Assembly: GCA_951406725.2 (NCBI GenBank) | Contig: OX597832.1 | Location: 33,790,001 to 33,854,000 of the forward strand | DNA from: Octopus vulgaris | Lineage: Eukaryota | Length of the DNA: 64,000 nt | Direction of reading: 5' to 3' | In this document: piece by piece, positions 1-13,389 of the stretch | How positions within the stretch are numbered: the stretch's first letter is position 1 | How the letters are laid out: every line of letters starts with the position of its first letter | Position numbers and translations under genes: made by a program | The notes under the pieces: generated by a model | What the model was told of the DNA's origin: nothing | Seen by the model: the letters and a program-made list of their open reading frames with translations, nothing else | Database searches by the model: none

Positions 1-268
1 TTTACTGAAAGAAAACAACTCGAAAGCAAAGAAGGCCAACCAGAGGTTTTCGCTAAACCCCAAAGAATCTGTGTATAGGGAATGCGGCAATAGTTCTTTG
101 AATAGTATTTGACTTTAATATAAGATGATGTAATCAAATTTTGTTAATCGTGCGAGGTTCATTTTGCCAAGACACACTGGTTGTATTTCACGTCTTTGCT
201 ATTTACTTTGCCAATTATCTTTTCGATTGTTTGTCTAGTTGTACAGTCATTCAATCAATCATGCCATA

Positions 269-348
269 TTTGTAAAAGTCCTTTCGTTGCCATTCGCAAC
301 CTTATCAATGATAGGCTTTGAATGTGAGGACGAAAGGACTTTGACAAA
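269..348. repeat. ~80-nt imperfect inverted repeat (hairpin), probably inside an unclassified repeat
   Basis: tttgt(a)aaagtcctttcgt (269-287) pairs with acgaaaggacttt(g)acaaa (330-348); the inner cattc/gaatg and tatca/tgata segments also pair. Confidence 0.6.
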
Positions 349-546
349 CCCAGATGGGTGATTCAATAACGGAACTACTCGTGAAACAATCAATTAGTTG
401 AAGATGTGGAACAGAACCATTGAGTGGTTATTGTTGGTGTAAGGATTCACCCGAGGTACAACGCAATCTACTTCAACGCACGAGTTCACATCAACAAAGG
501 TAAATACAAATGGAAAACAAGACATCTATCAAAATTTTGATTAATT

Positions 547-966
547 AGGCACAGGTGTGACTGTATGGTTAAGAACCTTACGCCTCAAACACCTGGTCGT
601 GGGTTCAGTCCTAGTGAGTAGCACCTTGGGCAAGTGTTTTCTGATATTACCTCGGCCTGACCAAAACCTTGTGAGTAGATTTGATAGATGGAAATCGAAA
701 GAAACCTGTGTATACGTATATATACGTGTGTTTGTTGTTGTTTTGTCTTCTTGTTGTTGGTGGTGGAGTTTTGTGTTTTTGATGTGATTATCCTGCACCA
801 CCCCTTGACAGCTGGGGTTGATTTGGTCATGTACCTGTAACTTTGCGCTTCGATAAAAGAGATCGAATAATTTAGAGGCTTTAAAAACAAGTGCTGGCTG
901 ACTAAAGCCCATCAACATTGTGATCCAGCATGGTCGCAGTCCAGTGACTGAAACAAAGAAAAGAGA
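547..966 (+). mobile_element. tRNA-derived SINE, family A (octopus OK-like), diverged full-length copy
   Basis: A/B-box-like head (tggttaaga...gggttcagtcc), ccttgggcaagtg core, internal simple repeat and ccagcatggtcgcagt...gactgaaac tail; homologous to 44571-45028 and 61818-62262. Confidence 0.8.
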
Positions 967-2328
967 AAAACATAAAATACAAAGCAAACGCGGCCTAAAC
1001 AATACGGGAAATATAATAAATCTTGTGAGAAATTTGGACAGAGATGGAATGAAAACGAAAGAGTTCGTTGAGAAAATAATTCGCAATCATCGGAAGTCAT
1101 ATGAGCCAAGAGTAATGTAGAGGCTGCAAAACAGAAATAATTGGACATCAGTTGGAAAAATCTAAAATCAAACACGTCTGGATGAATTATTTAACAAGCC
1201 ACCATAAATTGCTAGCAAATGTACTTAATGATATAGTGAAATAGGAACTGGGGAGAGTGCAACGTAGATAAATGAACGAGATATTTATGAAGGAATATGA
1301 AAGTAGCATTAGATTAATACTTGAAACAAATTTCAATGTAAATCGTATGTTAATAGCCATTAATACTGAAGCCATTCTGGTCACAATTAATGCTCAAGTT
1401 TTCTCAACTGGAAAACGAGTGAATTAGTAAGTCGAGATAGAAAGACCAGAAAAATAATGACTGTATTTATAAAAGGCAACTGTGATTTGAAACATAGAAA
1501 CGTATTTACAAGAATTTATTTAACGTGTATAAACGTGAGCTAGTTGTTAGGGTAGCTGGATGATAATTGTTTCATTGTGCGTTCGAATCCCGGACAGGCA
1601 GCGTGGTCTGTCTGTCTTCCCTCCCTCCAGCCGCTGGAGCAACTGCGAGAGGAACAAGAACGTGTCAATATCTCGTCTCAGTAATATAAGCGCCCGAAAA
1701 TAATTAGCAAAGAATGGTGTATGCTAGCAGATCACACTAGCTTTTGAGTGATGCCTGTGGTTCTCATGTCTTTGTTAAAACAAAAACATATTTAAATAGT
1801 TAGAACACATTAGCTAACAAATATATCTACGTTTAATGAATCCAGAGGCTGAGATAACATACAGCCTTGAGCAGAATAGATAAACTACTACAGAAATTAC
1901 CAACTAAAAACTAAGCTGGAAGGATTACATAAAGGTTTGAAAAGACGATAGCAAGGAAATTGCTTGTCTGATGTCCATACTTGACAAAATAGAACCAAAT
2001 ACACGTGGATACGAAGAAAAAACAGCGACTATGAGGAAGAATCGCTGGAGCCAAACCGAAGAGAAGAATATCGACTGCTGATTAAAGTCCTCAGATACAC
2101 CCAAATATATTAAAGCAGAAACAATGTTGTTCACTCGCAGGGTATTCACTAAAACACCATCCTCTTCCTCAGTAGAATATCGGTTCTCCGGAATTGCTCC
2201 ACCATGCATAATTATGCAACAGCGGTTCACTTGTGACACCAAAAGAGGGTCGAAACCCGTAACGATTTCGCGGGCCCAGCGAAGGCCGGAGGTTCGTTTT
2301 CGTCCTTGAGAAGATTCTTATATATAAA

Positions 2329-2709
2329 CTAGCAGTATCGCCCGGCGTTGCTCAGGTTTGTAAGGGAAATAACTATAAAGCATTTTTAGAGAGTTATAGC
2401 CAAAAAATAGCCAAAAGATGGAAAAAATGATGGTAAATTTTTTTTTAGTTAAAAAAGGTGGAGTTGCGTCCCCTAGACAGTTTGCGGTTTGTGTTTCGTT
2501 TTCTCGACCCCATGTCGAATTTATCGATTTTTTTCAGAACTGGGGGAACTTTTCAAAATTTTCGCTGCGTTAGTTTTGAATTATGACATTGGGCTATGTG
2601 TGTGTCAAGTTTCATCAGAATCGGTTGAAAGCTGTGGTCAGGGTGAGGGTACAAGAAAACAGACACACAGAAACACGCACAGACAAACTGCCGTTTATAT
2701 AGAGAGAGA
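2329..2709 (-). mobile_element. Non-autonomous Helitron-like element
   Basis: On the minus strand it starts A|TC (2709) and ends CTAG|T (2329), with a GC-rich subterminal hairpin (cctgagcaacgccggg) ~10 nt before CTAG; no TSD; internal aagtttcatcagaatcggtt motif and acagac repeats resemble Lep1-like Helitrons. Confidence 0.75.
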
Positions 2710-2833
2710 TATAAAACAATATAATTTGCCTTCTCTTAAAACTATTACTGCTTCTCTCTCTTTCTCCCTTCTCTCTTTCTTTCACTCTCTCTTTCTCTCT
2801 CCCTCTATGACAATAAATATATGTGTAAGTGTG

Positions 2834-2864
<31 letters not shown>

Positions 2865-2950
2865 ATTTGTGTATGTGTGTAGATATCTATAATTGTATAC
2901 ATATATAAATTATTTATCCACACATGCAGCGTTGAGCACTCATTGCAACG

Positions 2951-3285
2951 TTCTACTCTTTTACTCTTTTGTTTCAGTCATTTGACTGCGGCCATGCTGG
3001 AGCACCGCCTTTAGTCGCGCAAATCGACCCCAGGACTTATTCTTTGTAAGCCTAGTACTTATTCTATCGGTCTCTTTTGCCGAACCACTAAGTTACTGGG
3101 ACGTAAACACTCCAGCATCGGTTGTCAAGCGATGTTGGGGGGACAAACACAACCACACAGACATATATATATACATATATACCACGGGCTTCTTTCAGTT
3201 TCCGTCTATCAAATCCACTCACAAGGCTTTGGTCGGCTCGAGGCTATAGTAGAAGATCCTTGCCCAAGGTGCCAAGCGGTGGGAC
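2951..3285 (-). mobile_element. SINE family A copy lacking the 5' part of the tRNA head
   Basis: Closely matches the reverse complement of 44571-45028; (tactcttt)n tail at 2951-2970. Confidence 0.85.
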
Positions 3286-3292
3286 ATCTCAA

Positions 3293-3365
3293 TGTGTGTG
3301 TATATATATATATATCTATATATATATAGATAGATAGATATATAGATAGATAGATAGATAGATAC

Positions 3366-3438
<73 letters not shown>

Positions 3439-3456
3439 CAGAGAGATAGATAGATA
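3293..3456. repeat. Compound (TA)n/(GATA)n microsatellite
   Basis: Directly visible. Confidence 0.95.
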
Positions 3457-3893
3457 CGCATATCATTCGTTCATACATGCACGCGTAGATTCATGAATAA
3501 TAGAGTTGAACCTTTCATCGTACTGTGAAACTTGTGCATTAGATACTGACGAATAAGAAATAGCACACACACACACACATACAACTACTACTACTACTAC
3601 TACTAAATATTAAGGAGAACGACAAACTCTCAATAATCTCTTGTCAATCCTGAAAGCAGGAAAACGAAGGTATATCAACGACGTATTCTTAAGCAAGTCC
3701 CAATAGAAAATTGTCGCCGCCCACGTCGTGTATATATTTTAATAGAGGATGATATATGTTAAAAGTGAATATAGAATCCTTTGTGTATGTCTTTCACTAT
3801 GAATAATCAGAATGGGAAACAGAAACGAACGGTTATAAAGATACAGTAATTATCCGCATGCCTGGACACACACACACGCACACACACACACAC

Positions 3894-3931
<38 letters not shown>

Positions 3932-4249
3932 ATATTTAAAAAGAGTACAATAAACATTGAGGTGGGGAAACGGCTCTGTTCAAAGACACGTCGCTGCGTG
4001 TGGTTATGTATCCAAACAGGAAATAAAAATAATATTGTAGAAAAAATTTGTCGCTGATTTGGAGCAAAGGCGAATAATTCTGAGAGAAGGATGTTACTCA
4101 ATATTATTCCCCCGATATTGGTCTGCTATTTTATATTATCCCCCTCCCTTCATCTTGGGTGTTTGAACAGCAACGTCGTTTGTGGTTGGAATAGCAACCA
4201 GATCTTACAAAACTGGAGGAAATATGGCGCTCTAACGACTTTGTCAGCG

Positions 4250-4440
4250 CAAAACGCCAACAGTTTTGAAGGGAGAGGAAAGCAATTATATCGACGCAGC
4301 GCCGAACTGGGACTTATTTTATCGAAGCCGAAAAAAAATGAAAACCAAAGTTGATCTCGACGAGATTTGAGGTCTGAATCTGAAGAGCTTGGAAAAATAC
4401 TGCAAAGAATCTTGCCCGTTCCTCCGGCAACTTTTGGTAG
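4250..4440 (-). mobile_element. Degenerate SINE family B copy
   Basis: acttattttatcgaagccgaaa...aaagttgatctcgacgagatttga is a decayed reverse complement of 12771-12905. Confidence 0.55.
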
Positions 4441-5964
4441 TAAGCCCCCCCCCTCGCCCCAAATAATGATCATGATTTCTCATTTCTGATTTTGTCCAGT
4501 GACGCAACAACACGGAAAGAATATGTTAGTGGTTTCCAGCAGCGCAGTATCTAATGTGTACTATATTTCTTATAACTCGAAAGGATATCAAGAATGATAA
4601 CCCAAACAGGATCTGAACTATAGAAATGATAAGCCGGAATAAATAGAGAAGAACGTTTCGACAATTCTACTATGATTTTTCACATTCACAACTCATTGGT
4701 TTTAATTTAGAAAGAGTCCAACAGCATTGACGGGTAAAAATGTATCGATACCATCGATACCATCGATACCATCGACCCCAGGACTTACATTTTGTTGAAC
4801 TCGGAATGATAAAAGTGAAAGTTGATCTCGGTTGGATATGAAATCAGAGTGAAGAGAATCAAAATAATGTTAGCAGGTATTCCAACCATTCTAGTTCTTA
4901 CAACCTTGCACATTCACCCCCTTCAAAGAACAAAATATTTGAGAGATTCATATGATCATTATAATCTACACGGTATTTTAATGTCATCTTTACTTTATCA
5001 GATATCTTTATCGGGAAAAATAGAGATATATCTAGGAGGGAATAAAATTCCAAACTTAAATTTATCTCAATATATGCGGCAATATATTTCGTCTTCCGTT
5101 CTAACAGTTAAATATTTCTAAATAATCCATTTTAATTGTTTGCACATCAATATTTCCAGCAACGTCATGAGAAAAGAGAAGATTACGGACGGCCGACATT
5201 TCTGGGAATAAGAACGAGCAACAGTTCAGACACTGCTACAAACATACAGTACACAGGGGTGGGGATAGTTGTGTTAATCCGGGGTACAGATACGTATATG
5301 CTACCAACCTGAGACAGTATAGTTTCTTCCGGCGGAATTGCCCCTGAAGGGAATTAAACTGAAGCATCCGTGGTCCACTAAGTGTACTGTAAAAAATAGT
5401 AGCCGAAAACATTGCCCAAGGGTATCTAACCCAAGCCTACGTAGTTTCGACATAAACGTCAGAACCACTTAGTTCTCGTTGAGCACAGCAGAGCAGATGC
5501 AGCAAATAATTTCGTTGACATGAATTTCGTTGTTACGAAGAATGCAAATCTCTAATAGAATTCAAAACAAATGTAAAATTGTTTAATTTTCTTATAATTC
5601 AGTTTTAAGGTCATTATTATATTATTTTTCACATCCTCACCGTTGAAAAATTATTTTGTCTTATAAAATTACAATGAATAAATAATTAACACCGGAAATA
5701 ATTTCATATATTTATTTATTTATAATTAATATTGTTATCGACAGTCGTACAGTAATTATCCTCATCATCACCATGATCATTATTATTACAATTATTATTA
5801 TAACAATAAATATTATTATTGTTATTATTAGTATTACTATTATTGCTGTTGTTGTCATTGCTGTAGTTGCTACGGATGATAATGCTTGTTTTCCTGTAGA
5901 AATGTAGGGAAAAAATGAGAATAAAAATTATATTTCCTCCGTTTTCTCGTTGATTTATAATGGC

Positions 5965-5998
5965 GATGATAACAATGATAATAATACCAACGACAGTG

Positions 5999-6044
<46 letters not shown>

Positions 6045-6062
6045 TAATAATGATAATAATAA

Positions 6063-6093
<31 letters not shown>

Positions 6094-6127
6094 AAGAAGA
6101 AGAAGAAGAAGAAAAAGAAGAAGAAGT
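5965..6127. repeat. Compound (AAT)n-(AAG)n microsatellite
   Basis: Directly visible. Confidence 0.95.
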
Positions 6128-6564
6128 GTATAATAGTAACATTTAATATTGTGATCACCATCATCATTATCATCATCATAACCATTATTGTTGTTTTTGT
6201 TGTTGTTGTTGCTGATGTTGTGAAATCCATAGAGCTAGAGAAAGAAATGAAAGCAAAATATAAATCGAGCAGAAAGGATTTATATTCTTTATGCTAAGAT
6301 TGTTCCAGATTCTTTTTGTCTTTTTCTTGTTTAGTTCATTTTTTTTATTCTTCTCCTTTGTGTTTCCTTTTCCGCTAGTTTTTCATCTTCTTCTGAATGT
6401 TGGAAATCTCGAAACATGGCACGGAGAAAATCCCTAATAAGAAAAAAAAAAAACAAAACATCAAATATATTTAGGATTGGATTTGAAATCTGAAATGCGA
6501 AGTATATGAAAAGAAAACAAACAAAAAATAAACAAACAGAACTACAAGATCCCACATTTCTGCA

Positions 6565-6630
6565 GCCATATATATGAATGTATATGTATGTATACATATA
6601 TATACAAGCATATATATTTGTATACATATA

Positions 6631-6686
<56 letters not shown>

Positions 6687-6826
6687 TGTATGTATGTATA
6701 TATATCATATATATATATATATACACATATACATATATATATATATGTATACACACATATACATATATATATACGCATATATATATATATATACTTACAT
6801 ACCCATATATATATACATACACACAC

Positions 6827-6869
<43 letters not shown>

Positions 6870-6895
6870 TATAAATGCATATATATATATATATA

Positions 6896-6940
<45 letters not shown>
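6565..6940. repeat. Interrupted (TA)n/(TACA)n tract
   Basis: Directly visible. Confidence 0.95.
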
Positions 6941-6942
<2 letters not shown>

Positions 6943-7559
6943 GATACGTACACATGTGATTATCATTATTAATACCATAGCAGGAATAACATTGGAAATA
7001 ACCTTATTATTATTGTTGTTGTTGCCGTCGTTTGTTGATGATGTTGTTGTTGTTGTGGTGACGTTGGTCCTTGTTGTATTTGTTGTAATTATATATGTTA
7101 TTACCTCCATCATCGTCGCCATGGTGATACTCAGTGTTACAGAGTGCGCACGAGTGGGAATCTAATAATTTGCGAAGGATTTAAAAGTTTTTGGACTCGG
7201 CAAACATCATTTGAATACATGAATATAAATGAGGAGAGTTTAAAGCCGGGGAAATGACGTTGCATAAAATGTGGATGAAGGAAAAAATATACAATAGCGT
7301 GATTCCAATATATAACCTACATATACTCGCACATATATAAATATAAATATAAACGAAATAAACTTACACATATATGTAAGTCAATATAAGTTTTCTTTCC
7401 TTTCCTGTTCTAGTTTCAGCTCGAAAGTTGCAACCATGGTGGAGCACCGCCGTTTCGTTTCCTACACTTTCTCTAAACTCTATCTAATGTGTGGGGTTTG
7501 ATAAATGAGAAAGTTTGATGCTTCTGCCTCCATTTAAGATTCTTGCCGCAAGACAAGTT

Positions 7560-8000
7560 CATTCTGAACTCTTCAAAGGAGGAGATGCACTTTTGCTTTA
7601 TAGACGCCTATATCTGCCCCATATAGGCCTCTCTTGTGGGATAATAGTGAAGAGCTGTGAAACCTTGAAGCTCAATCTGTTGCAGGTTCTACTCCTAACT
7701 GACAATACGAAACTTTGGTGCAAGTGCTTCTAGGATTTTCCACATGTATGTTACTGCGTATCCTACCCGCTTTCGTTCTAAGGAATAGCGTCTTCACTTT
7801 TTCATTCCCTCGCAGCAACTGACATGTTGCATTGAGAAGATCTTCTTTGTGTAGCGTCACTGGATTGCATTGAGTTCTGCCGTTAATTTTACACTCTGTG
7901 GAGAACACGGTTAGGAGCAGTAATCCAAGTAACTGAAAGTGAATGTCATCCAAAGGAGTATCATAGTTTCCTCTTATCTTGTTCAGAAAATTCGAAGAAT
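7560..8000 (-). pseudogene. CR1/L2-type LINE reverse transcriptase C-terminal relic
   Basis: Minus-strand translation LDYCS*PCSPQSVKLTAELNAIQ*RYTKKIFSMQHVSCCEGMKK*RRYSLERKRVGYAVTYMWKILEALAP matches the CR1-type LEYCS..WSP..LE.VQRR.TK..SY.ERL..L.L.SLE.RR pattern; in-frame stops. Confidence 0.75.
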
Positions 8001-8131
8001 CCATCCTGCCAACCGTCTGCATTTTATTGTCAAATTAGTAATATGCACCTGTTTGTGTGTGTGTGTATTAAATATATTGATATAGAGAGACAGACAGACA
8101 GATAGACAGACAGACAGACAGATAGATAGAT

Positions 8132-8189
<58 letters not shown>

Positions 8190-8323
8190 GAATAGATAGA
8201 TGGATAGATATATGTGGATTATATATTCATATATGTGTATGTGTGTGTGTGTGTGTGCATGTATATATATATAAGTCCCTATATCTATATATATATGTGT
8301 ATATATATATACACAGACACAGA

Positions 8324-8364
<41 letters not shown>

Positions 8365-8390
8365 CTCATACATATATACATACATATATA

Positions 8391-8620
8391 TGAAGTGGTG
8401 GTACGTTGTCAACTTAATGTGACCGTCCCATGACGGAATAATACTATTGCTATTTGGGCCTGGACACGGGAAATGTGTCAAGGCCGACAGGAAGCGCTGC
8501 TTCCCAGAGCTAAACAGCAGTAGTATTATTCCCTTTCATGGGACGATTACATTAAGTTGACAACATGCCATCACTTTATCGTACTGCTAGTGTATAAGAG
8601 ATTTAGAAATGTATTTTATA
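8391..8620. mobile_element. Fold-back module (~65-bp inverted arms plus ~45-bp tail) inserted in (TA)n; probable PLE terminus with a heavily decayed hammerhead
   Basis: Arm ~8392-8455 pairs with ~8511-8576; flanked by TA runs; taaacagcagta resembles the GAAACAGCTGTA hammerhead end. Confidence 0.55.
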
Positions 8621-8625
8621 TATGA

Positions 8626-8678
<53 letters not shown>

Positions 8679-8739
8679 GCAATTTTCTATCACTATATCA
8701 CTTTTCTGTTTATATCAGCCGACGTATTCACACATTACA

Positions 8740-9111
8740 ATGAGAGAATGGTGTTTTGGAAAGTGGTTTTTTTGCCAGAGAAGGGAGGAAATACTCCTGA
8801 GAACAAAAATTATGTATGAAGGAATTCGGAGAAAATTTGTCAGGATTCCGAGAAGGAATGGACCATACGGTGATTCTTATTATTATGATAATTGGTGTCT
8901 GAGGAGAACTTGCAATGAAATACATCGGGGAGCCCAGGGACTTTCCTTTCATTTTAACAATAGACAGAAAATAATATTAGTAGACACTGTACAGAAGACA
9001 TAAAACAGCATTTTTGAAAACAATATAATATATAAAAGCAGAGAATAGCATTCTATACAGAACTTCGCTTGGCAGTGTAGTTGATATTACGCAATAAAAA
9101 CATGTCCACGA

Positions 9112-9185
<74 letters not shown>

Positions 9186-9210
9186 TGATGATGATGATGA
9201 TGATGATGAT
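8740..9210 (+). pseudogene. Possible 3' end of an R4/Dong-like (RLE-type) non-LTR element followed by an (AAT)n tract
   Basis: Decayed IIIGV*G and RQKIILVDTVQK resemble the terminal IPIIIGALG...IQKIALLGTAHIL motif; (AAT)n at 9112-9183. Confidence 0.4.
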
Positions 9211-10174
9211 AGCAATAATAGCAATAAACATTAGGAGTGGTTGTAATAATTCGAAGAACAATCGTATAAACATTGTGTGTACGGGTGTGGGTGGGTGTGT
9301 TTGTATGCGTGTGCGCGCGCGAATATATAATGTGTGTATATAAATAATGCAGTTATGTATAGACAATATATACACAGATATTCATACGTACACACTCGCA
9401 TACAATTTACTTAGTGTCTTGTACGTCTGAAAAATATTTATAATCTTAATAACCTCGGGATGGCTTTCAATAAAATATATTTCGGTCTAAGAAATCTATT
9501 TTTACGATGTTTTAACTCGGAGGTGCGTTTGTTGAGCAATATCGCAAGATTTACTTATAAACTTCATCACAATGAATTTCATACCGTAGAAAGCAATGAT
9601 TTTTTTTCTCTGATCTTGACACAGCTTTCAAGGACGTAATCTATTTACTCTCCTCTTTAACTCTCGTCAAATTATTTATCGCTGTCTAGGCCGCTTATTA
9701 TGATCGTCTATGCATTTTCTTGTTGAGTATTATGTTTCACCATCCATTCCTCTCATATATTTTTCTATTTTTCTGTCTGTACACCATTCTTCCAATCTGT
9801 CTTGTTTTCTTTATGCATATGATATCAATAGCACCTTGAAGATGGTGCCTCTTTTCCATTCAACAAATGAAGTTCTACCAAAGAGAAGCAGATATGATCA
9901 GACGGCATTCAAAGATCAACCGGTGTTTTGTCCGTGAACCGAAACACTGTCCCATTGCTGGGTCAGAAGAAGAGGCGAAATCCCTGTTCATCATCTCCTG
10001 GCTCCAAGCTTAACTCTGCCCTCTTGCTCGATAACTAGCAAGAGGCACTTCCTGCTGCCTCTTCCATCCTGCGCACAGTCACCCTTCGCTCTTTTCTTCA
10101 TATTCCAAAACCTCTAATTCATTTCTCACACGTATTTATACATACGGATAATCTATTGATCATATGTATATATA

Positions 10175-10346
10175 TCCTTTTATTCTTTTACATGGAGCAC
10201 CGCCTTAAAGTGTTTTAGTCGAAGAAATCGAACCTATTCTTTCGCGTTCCCTCTTGCCTAAACCCTACATATAGGTGTCATTAATACACCGGCATTGGTT
10301 GTCAAGCAATGGTGGGGGAATACAGACACAAAGACATACACATAAA

Positions 10347-10416
<70 letters not shown>

Positions 10417-10620
10417 AAGAGAGGGAGAGAGAAAGATAAAGAGAGAGAGAGCAAATGAATGAGAGAGAGAGAGGGGTGAGATTATGGACTTTTTTAAGTT
10501 TCCGTCTATCAAAACTACTCACAAGTTTGGTTGGACCAAGACTATAATAGAAGACAGTTGCCCAAGGTGTCGAGCAGTGGTACTGAACACGGAAGCATGC
10601 AATTGATAAGTAAGCTTCTC
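10175..10620 (-). mobile_element. Degenerate SINE family A with an expanded internal (TA)n(GA)n tract
   Basis: ggagcaccgcctt, ggttgtcaagc, gtttccgtctatcaaa and ttgcccaaggtg motifs occur in the family order. Confidence 0.7.
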
Positions 10621-10621
10621 A

Positions 10622-10664
<43 letters not shown>

Positions 10665-11203
10665 CATATAAGGGTAAGATTCAAGGATCCAAATGTAGTA
10701 AGTTAGTAAGCTTCAAGCAGTCAGTCCGTGGCAAGTATGGAAACGAAAAAAATGGACCGAGCAGATTCAGCGACAATAACAATTTATTGGACACGAGGGT
10801 TATATAACTTTACCCATATCAAAGTCACGAGTAAATTCCATAAGCTGGTGAGTTATATATATAGATCACAGATGGCCACTAGAATTGCTATGAACGCAAA
10901 TAAAAATTGAAATTGAGGGAGTGGTACAGGTAAAATTCCAGGCTACCTAGGTTTTCCTGGCTAGCAGAACATCTGAAGCAATAATCAAATAATTACGCAA
11001 CGATGGGTAGTCAGCTATTCATCAAACAGAGGTTACCGTAAATATATGAAGGTTATATCGTCATTTGCCAATCTCTTGTTCCACTCCCTCTATTTCGATA
11101 TACATGCATACAAGACTTTTTCTATTCCTGGGCGTTATACTAATACATCTGTTTGTTTTGTACAACCCCTGTCTTCGTTTTTTTTTTTTCGTAAACTCTC
11201 CCC

Positions 11204-11265
<62 letters not shown>

Positions 11266-11349
11266 TTATTTATTCATTTATTTATGTAACTAGTACAGAA
11301 ACAAAAGACAGAGAAAATGAGGGAACCACAACCAGGTCTACCCAATTTT

Positions 11350-12087
11350 TGTGACAGCTTTTTTCTGTGAGACAAATTTGTCCGTTAGGATTCTGGAAGC
11401 TATGATTGCCAGTTTAGTTTATGCACATTGTGTTTTGTGTTAGGCTTTTATGGATTTATTTTATGCCCTAGGAATTTACCAGAACTTTTGTCGGATTTAA
11501 AATACTTTCTGTGTCACATCTGGGTGAGTACAAAAAATCTTTTACGTTATAATATTTATGTGAATTTTGAATCCTGCATTTTTTACAGGTTGTGTAGTAA
11601 TTACTAACTGTAAATTTTGTCTAAAGGTTACTCAGCTTGTATGAAGCAGTTTTGTGTGAATTTAAGCAAACTAGCCTCTGGTTTGACAATTTAATTTTTT
11701 AACTATAATTATTGATGTAGTCTGGCAGCCGTTTTGTGTCATGAAATTTTAGTTTAAATGGTTGTTTTGACATTAGATTTAATTATGTTTAAGTCCAAGG
11801 TTCGAAACTCAAGGTTGAACACCGAATTGATAAAAGACAGATTTTATGACATTCCTAGGTTCGAAATCCACTGTTCGCATTCCATTGTTCGACAACCACT
11901 GTACAAAATCGGTGGTTCGAAAACAGAATTTGTACTAAAATGGAAAATCAGATTTTATGAAATCCAAATTTTTGGAAGGCATATTTTTGAAAAAACAAAT
12001 TTGTGAGGCCAGATTTTGTGTAAGGCCAATTTTGTTGAAACCAAAAACCAGGATTCGGAGTTCGAATTCTGAACTGTATATATAAAC

Positions 12088-12124
<37 letters not shown>

Positions 12125-12326
12125 CGCATATTCCCTTGGTAAATATTTTGTACATCTGGTGTAGCATTTGCTTTTTGTTCGTGTATATATTTCTTTTGTA
12201 TGTAAGCTGTTGTTTATGCTGACTATTGTTAATATTTTAGAAAAAATTTCTTGGTATGTTGTTGTTTTGGGTTCACCATATCCTCGTTGATTCTGTAGAT
12301 TCGGGTTATGGCCACGGGGTCGTAAC

Positions 12327-12327
<1 letters not shown>
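11350..12327 (-). mobile_element. Possible LTR fragment
   Basis: Minus strand begins TGTTACGAC (12327) and could end GTCACA (11350), followed by aaaatTGGgtag (PBS-like); no TSD found. Confidence 0.3.
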
Positions 12328-12379
<52 letters not shown>

Positions 12380-12770
12380 TTACATACATATGAACATATG
12401 TATGCATGTGCGCTTGTGTCTGTGTGTACGACAGATTTCTACGCCAGTTCCGTCTACCAATTTTACTTATTTGGGGCATATATTCGAATATACTTGCCCG
12501 ATTTGCAGGACAGTGGAACTGAAAAACCGCATTGACGAGCTTTTCACTAAATAATCTTGCTTGCGCCTGTGGTTTGGAGTCTTAGCATGGTAACACTAGT
12601 GATCTTGCATTAACGACCGATTGTGTCTACAGCTGCAATTTTAGATCTGTTATCATCAATCCTGTTGTCGTTTAAATAGCGAAGTCCAAAAGTAGATTTT
12701 GCAACATCCTGAAGTATAATTTGGGTGATATTCTGGTACCAGTTATTAAACAGGTGTTAGCCATACAAAA

Positions 12771-13005
12771 GGCGGCGAGATGGCAGAAACGTTAGCATGC
12801 CGGGCGAAATGCGTAGGCGTATTTCGTCTGCCGTTACGTTCTGAGTTCAAATTCCACCGAGGTCGACTTTGCCTTTCATCCTTTCGGGGTCGATTAAATA
12901 AGTACCAGTTACGCAGTGGGGTCGATATAATCGACTTACTGCGTTTGTCTGTCCTTGTTCGTCTCCTCTGTGTTTAGCCCCTTGTGGGTAGTAAAGAAGT
13001 AGGTA
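12771..13005 (+). mobile_element. tRNA-derived SINE family B (Meta-domain-like), full length with 11-bp TSD
   Basis: tggcagaaacgttag A-box, gagttcaaattcc B-box and gcctttcatcctttcggggtcgat-aagtacc domain; TSD tagccatacaa at 12758-12768 and 13007-13017. Confidence 0.9.
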
Positions 13006-13119
13006 ATAGCCATACAACTTATTTAATTATTTCAGAAAATCCAGTTAAAAATGTAACACGATTTTTTGGTAGCAGCTGTTATTTCCGATTTGATTTCGTC
13101 TAAAAAGTATGAAAAATGG

Positions 13120-13320
13120 TTAATATTTCCTTCAAACTTTTCCTTTGTAACGACATTTATTAAAACTTCAAAGCATCAACACATGGCTGTGATGCTCCCG
13201 CACCACTCCTGCTCATGATTAGAGATGCACATATTGTTAGCCATTGGGAGACATGCTCAAACAGTTAAGGTCAAGTAAATGACAAGCAAATATGTGGCAG
13301 TGAGCAGAATATTTGCTATA
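13120..13320. repeat. Unclassified dispersed repeat (second copy ~61035-61290)
   Basis: caacacatggct.tgatgctccc...agagatgcacatat...gacaagcaaat.tgtgg...gagcagaatatttgct occurs at both loci. Confidence 0.7.
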
Positions 13321-13389
13321 AAATTATTTCTGAAATGTATCCATTCCCATTGGGAAAATTGGCGAATGTGAACATTCATGTTCACGCGA

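Noticed and set aside
1-90. Possible R4-like LINE peptide fragment at the window edge
   Set aside because: Too short and frameshifted to support
309-340. tgatag...gtgaggacgaaag resembles a classic hammerhead
   Set aside because: No CUGANGA core or stem III; better explained as a hairpin arm
6331-7165. Long YI/IY-rich ORFs, and similar ones at 16001, 22261, 27156, 30354, 43291, 51381 and 63349
   Set aside because: Translations of (TA)n, (CA)n and (GATA)n tracts that lack stop codons; open on both strands and in several frames
10660-11045. TA-flanked module with gaaaacctaggta palindrome; similar weak cases at ~34550-34670 and ~52640-52720
   Set aside because: May be further PLE termini, but the hammerhead core is too degraded to call
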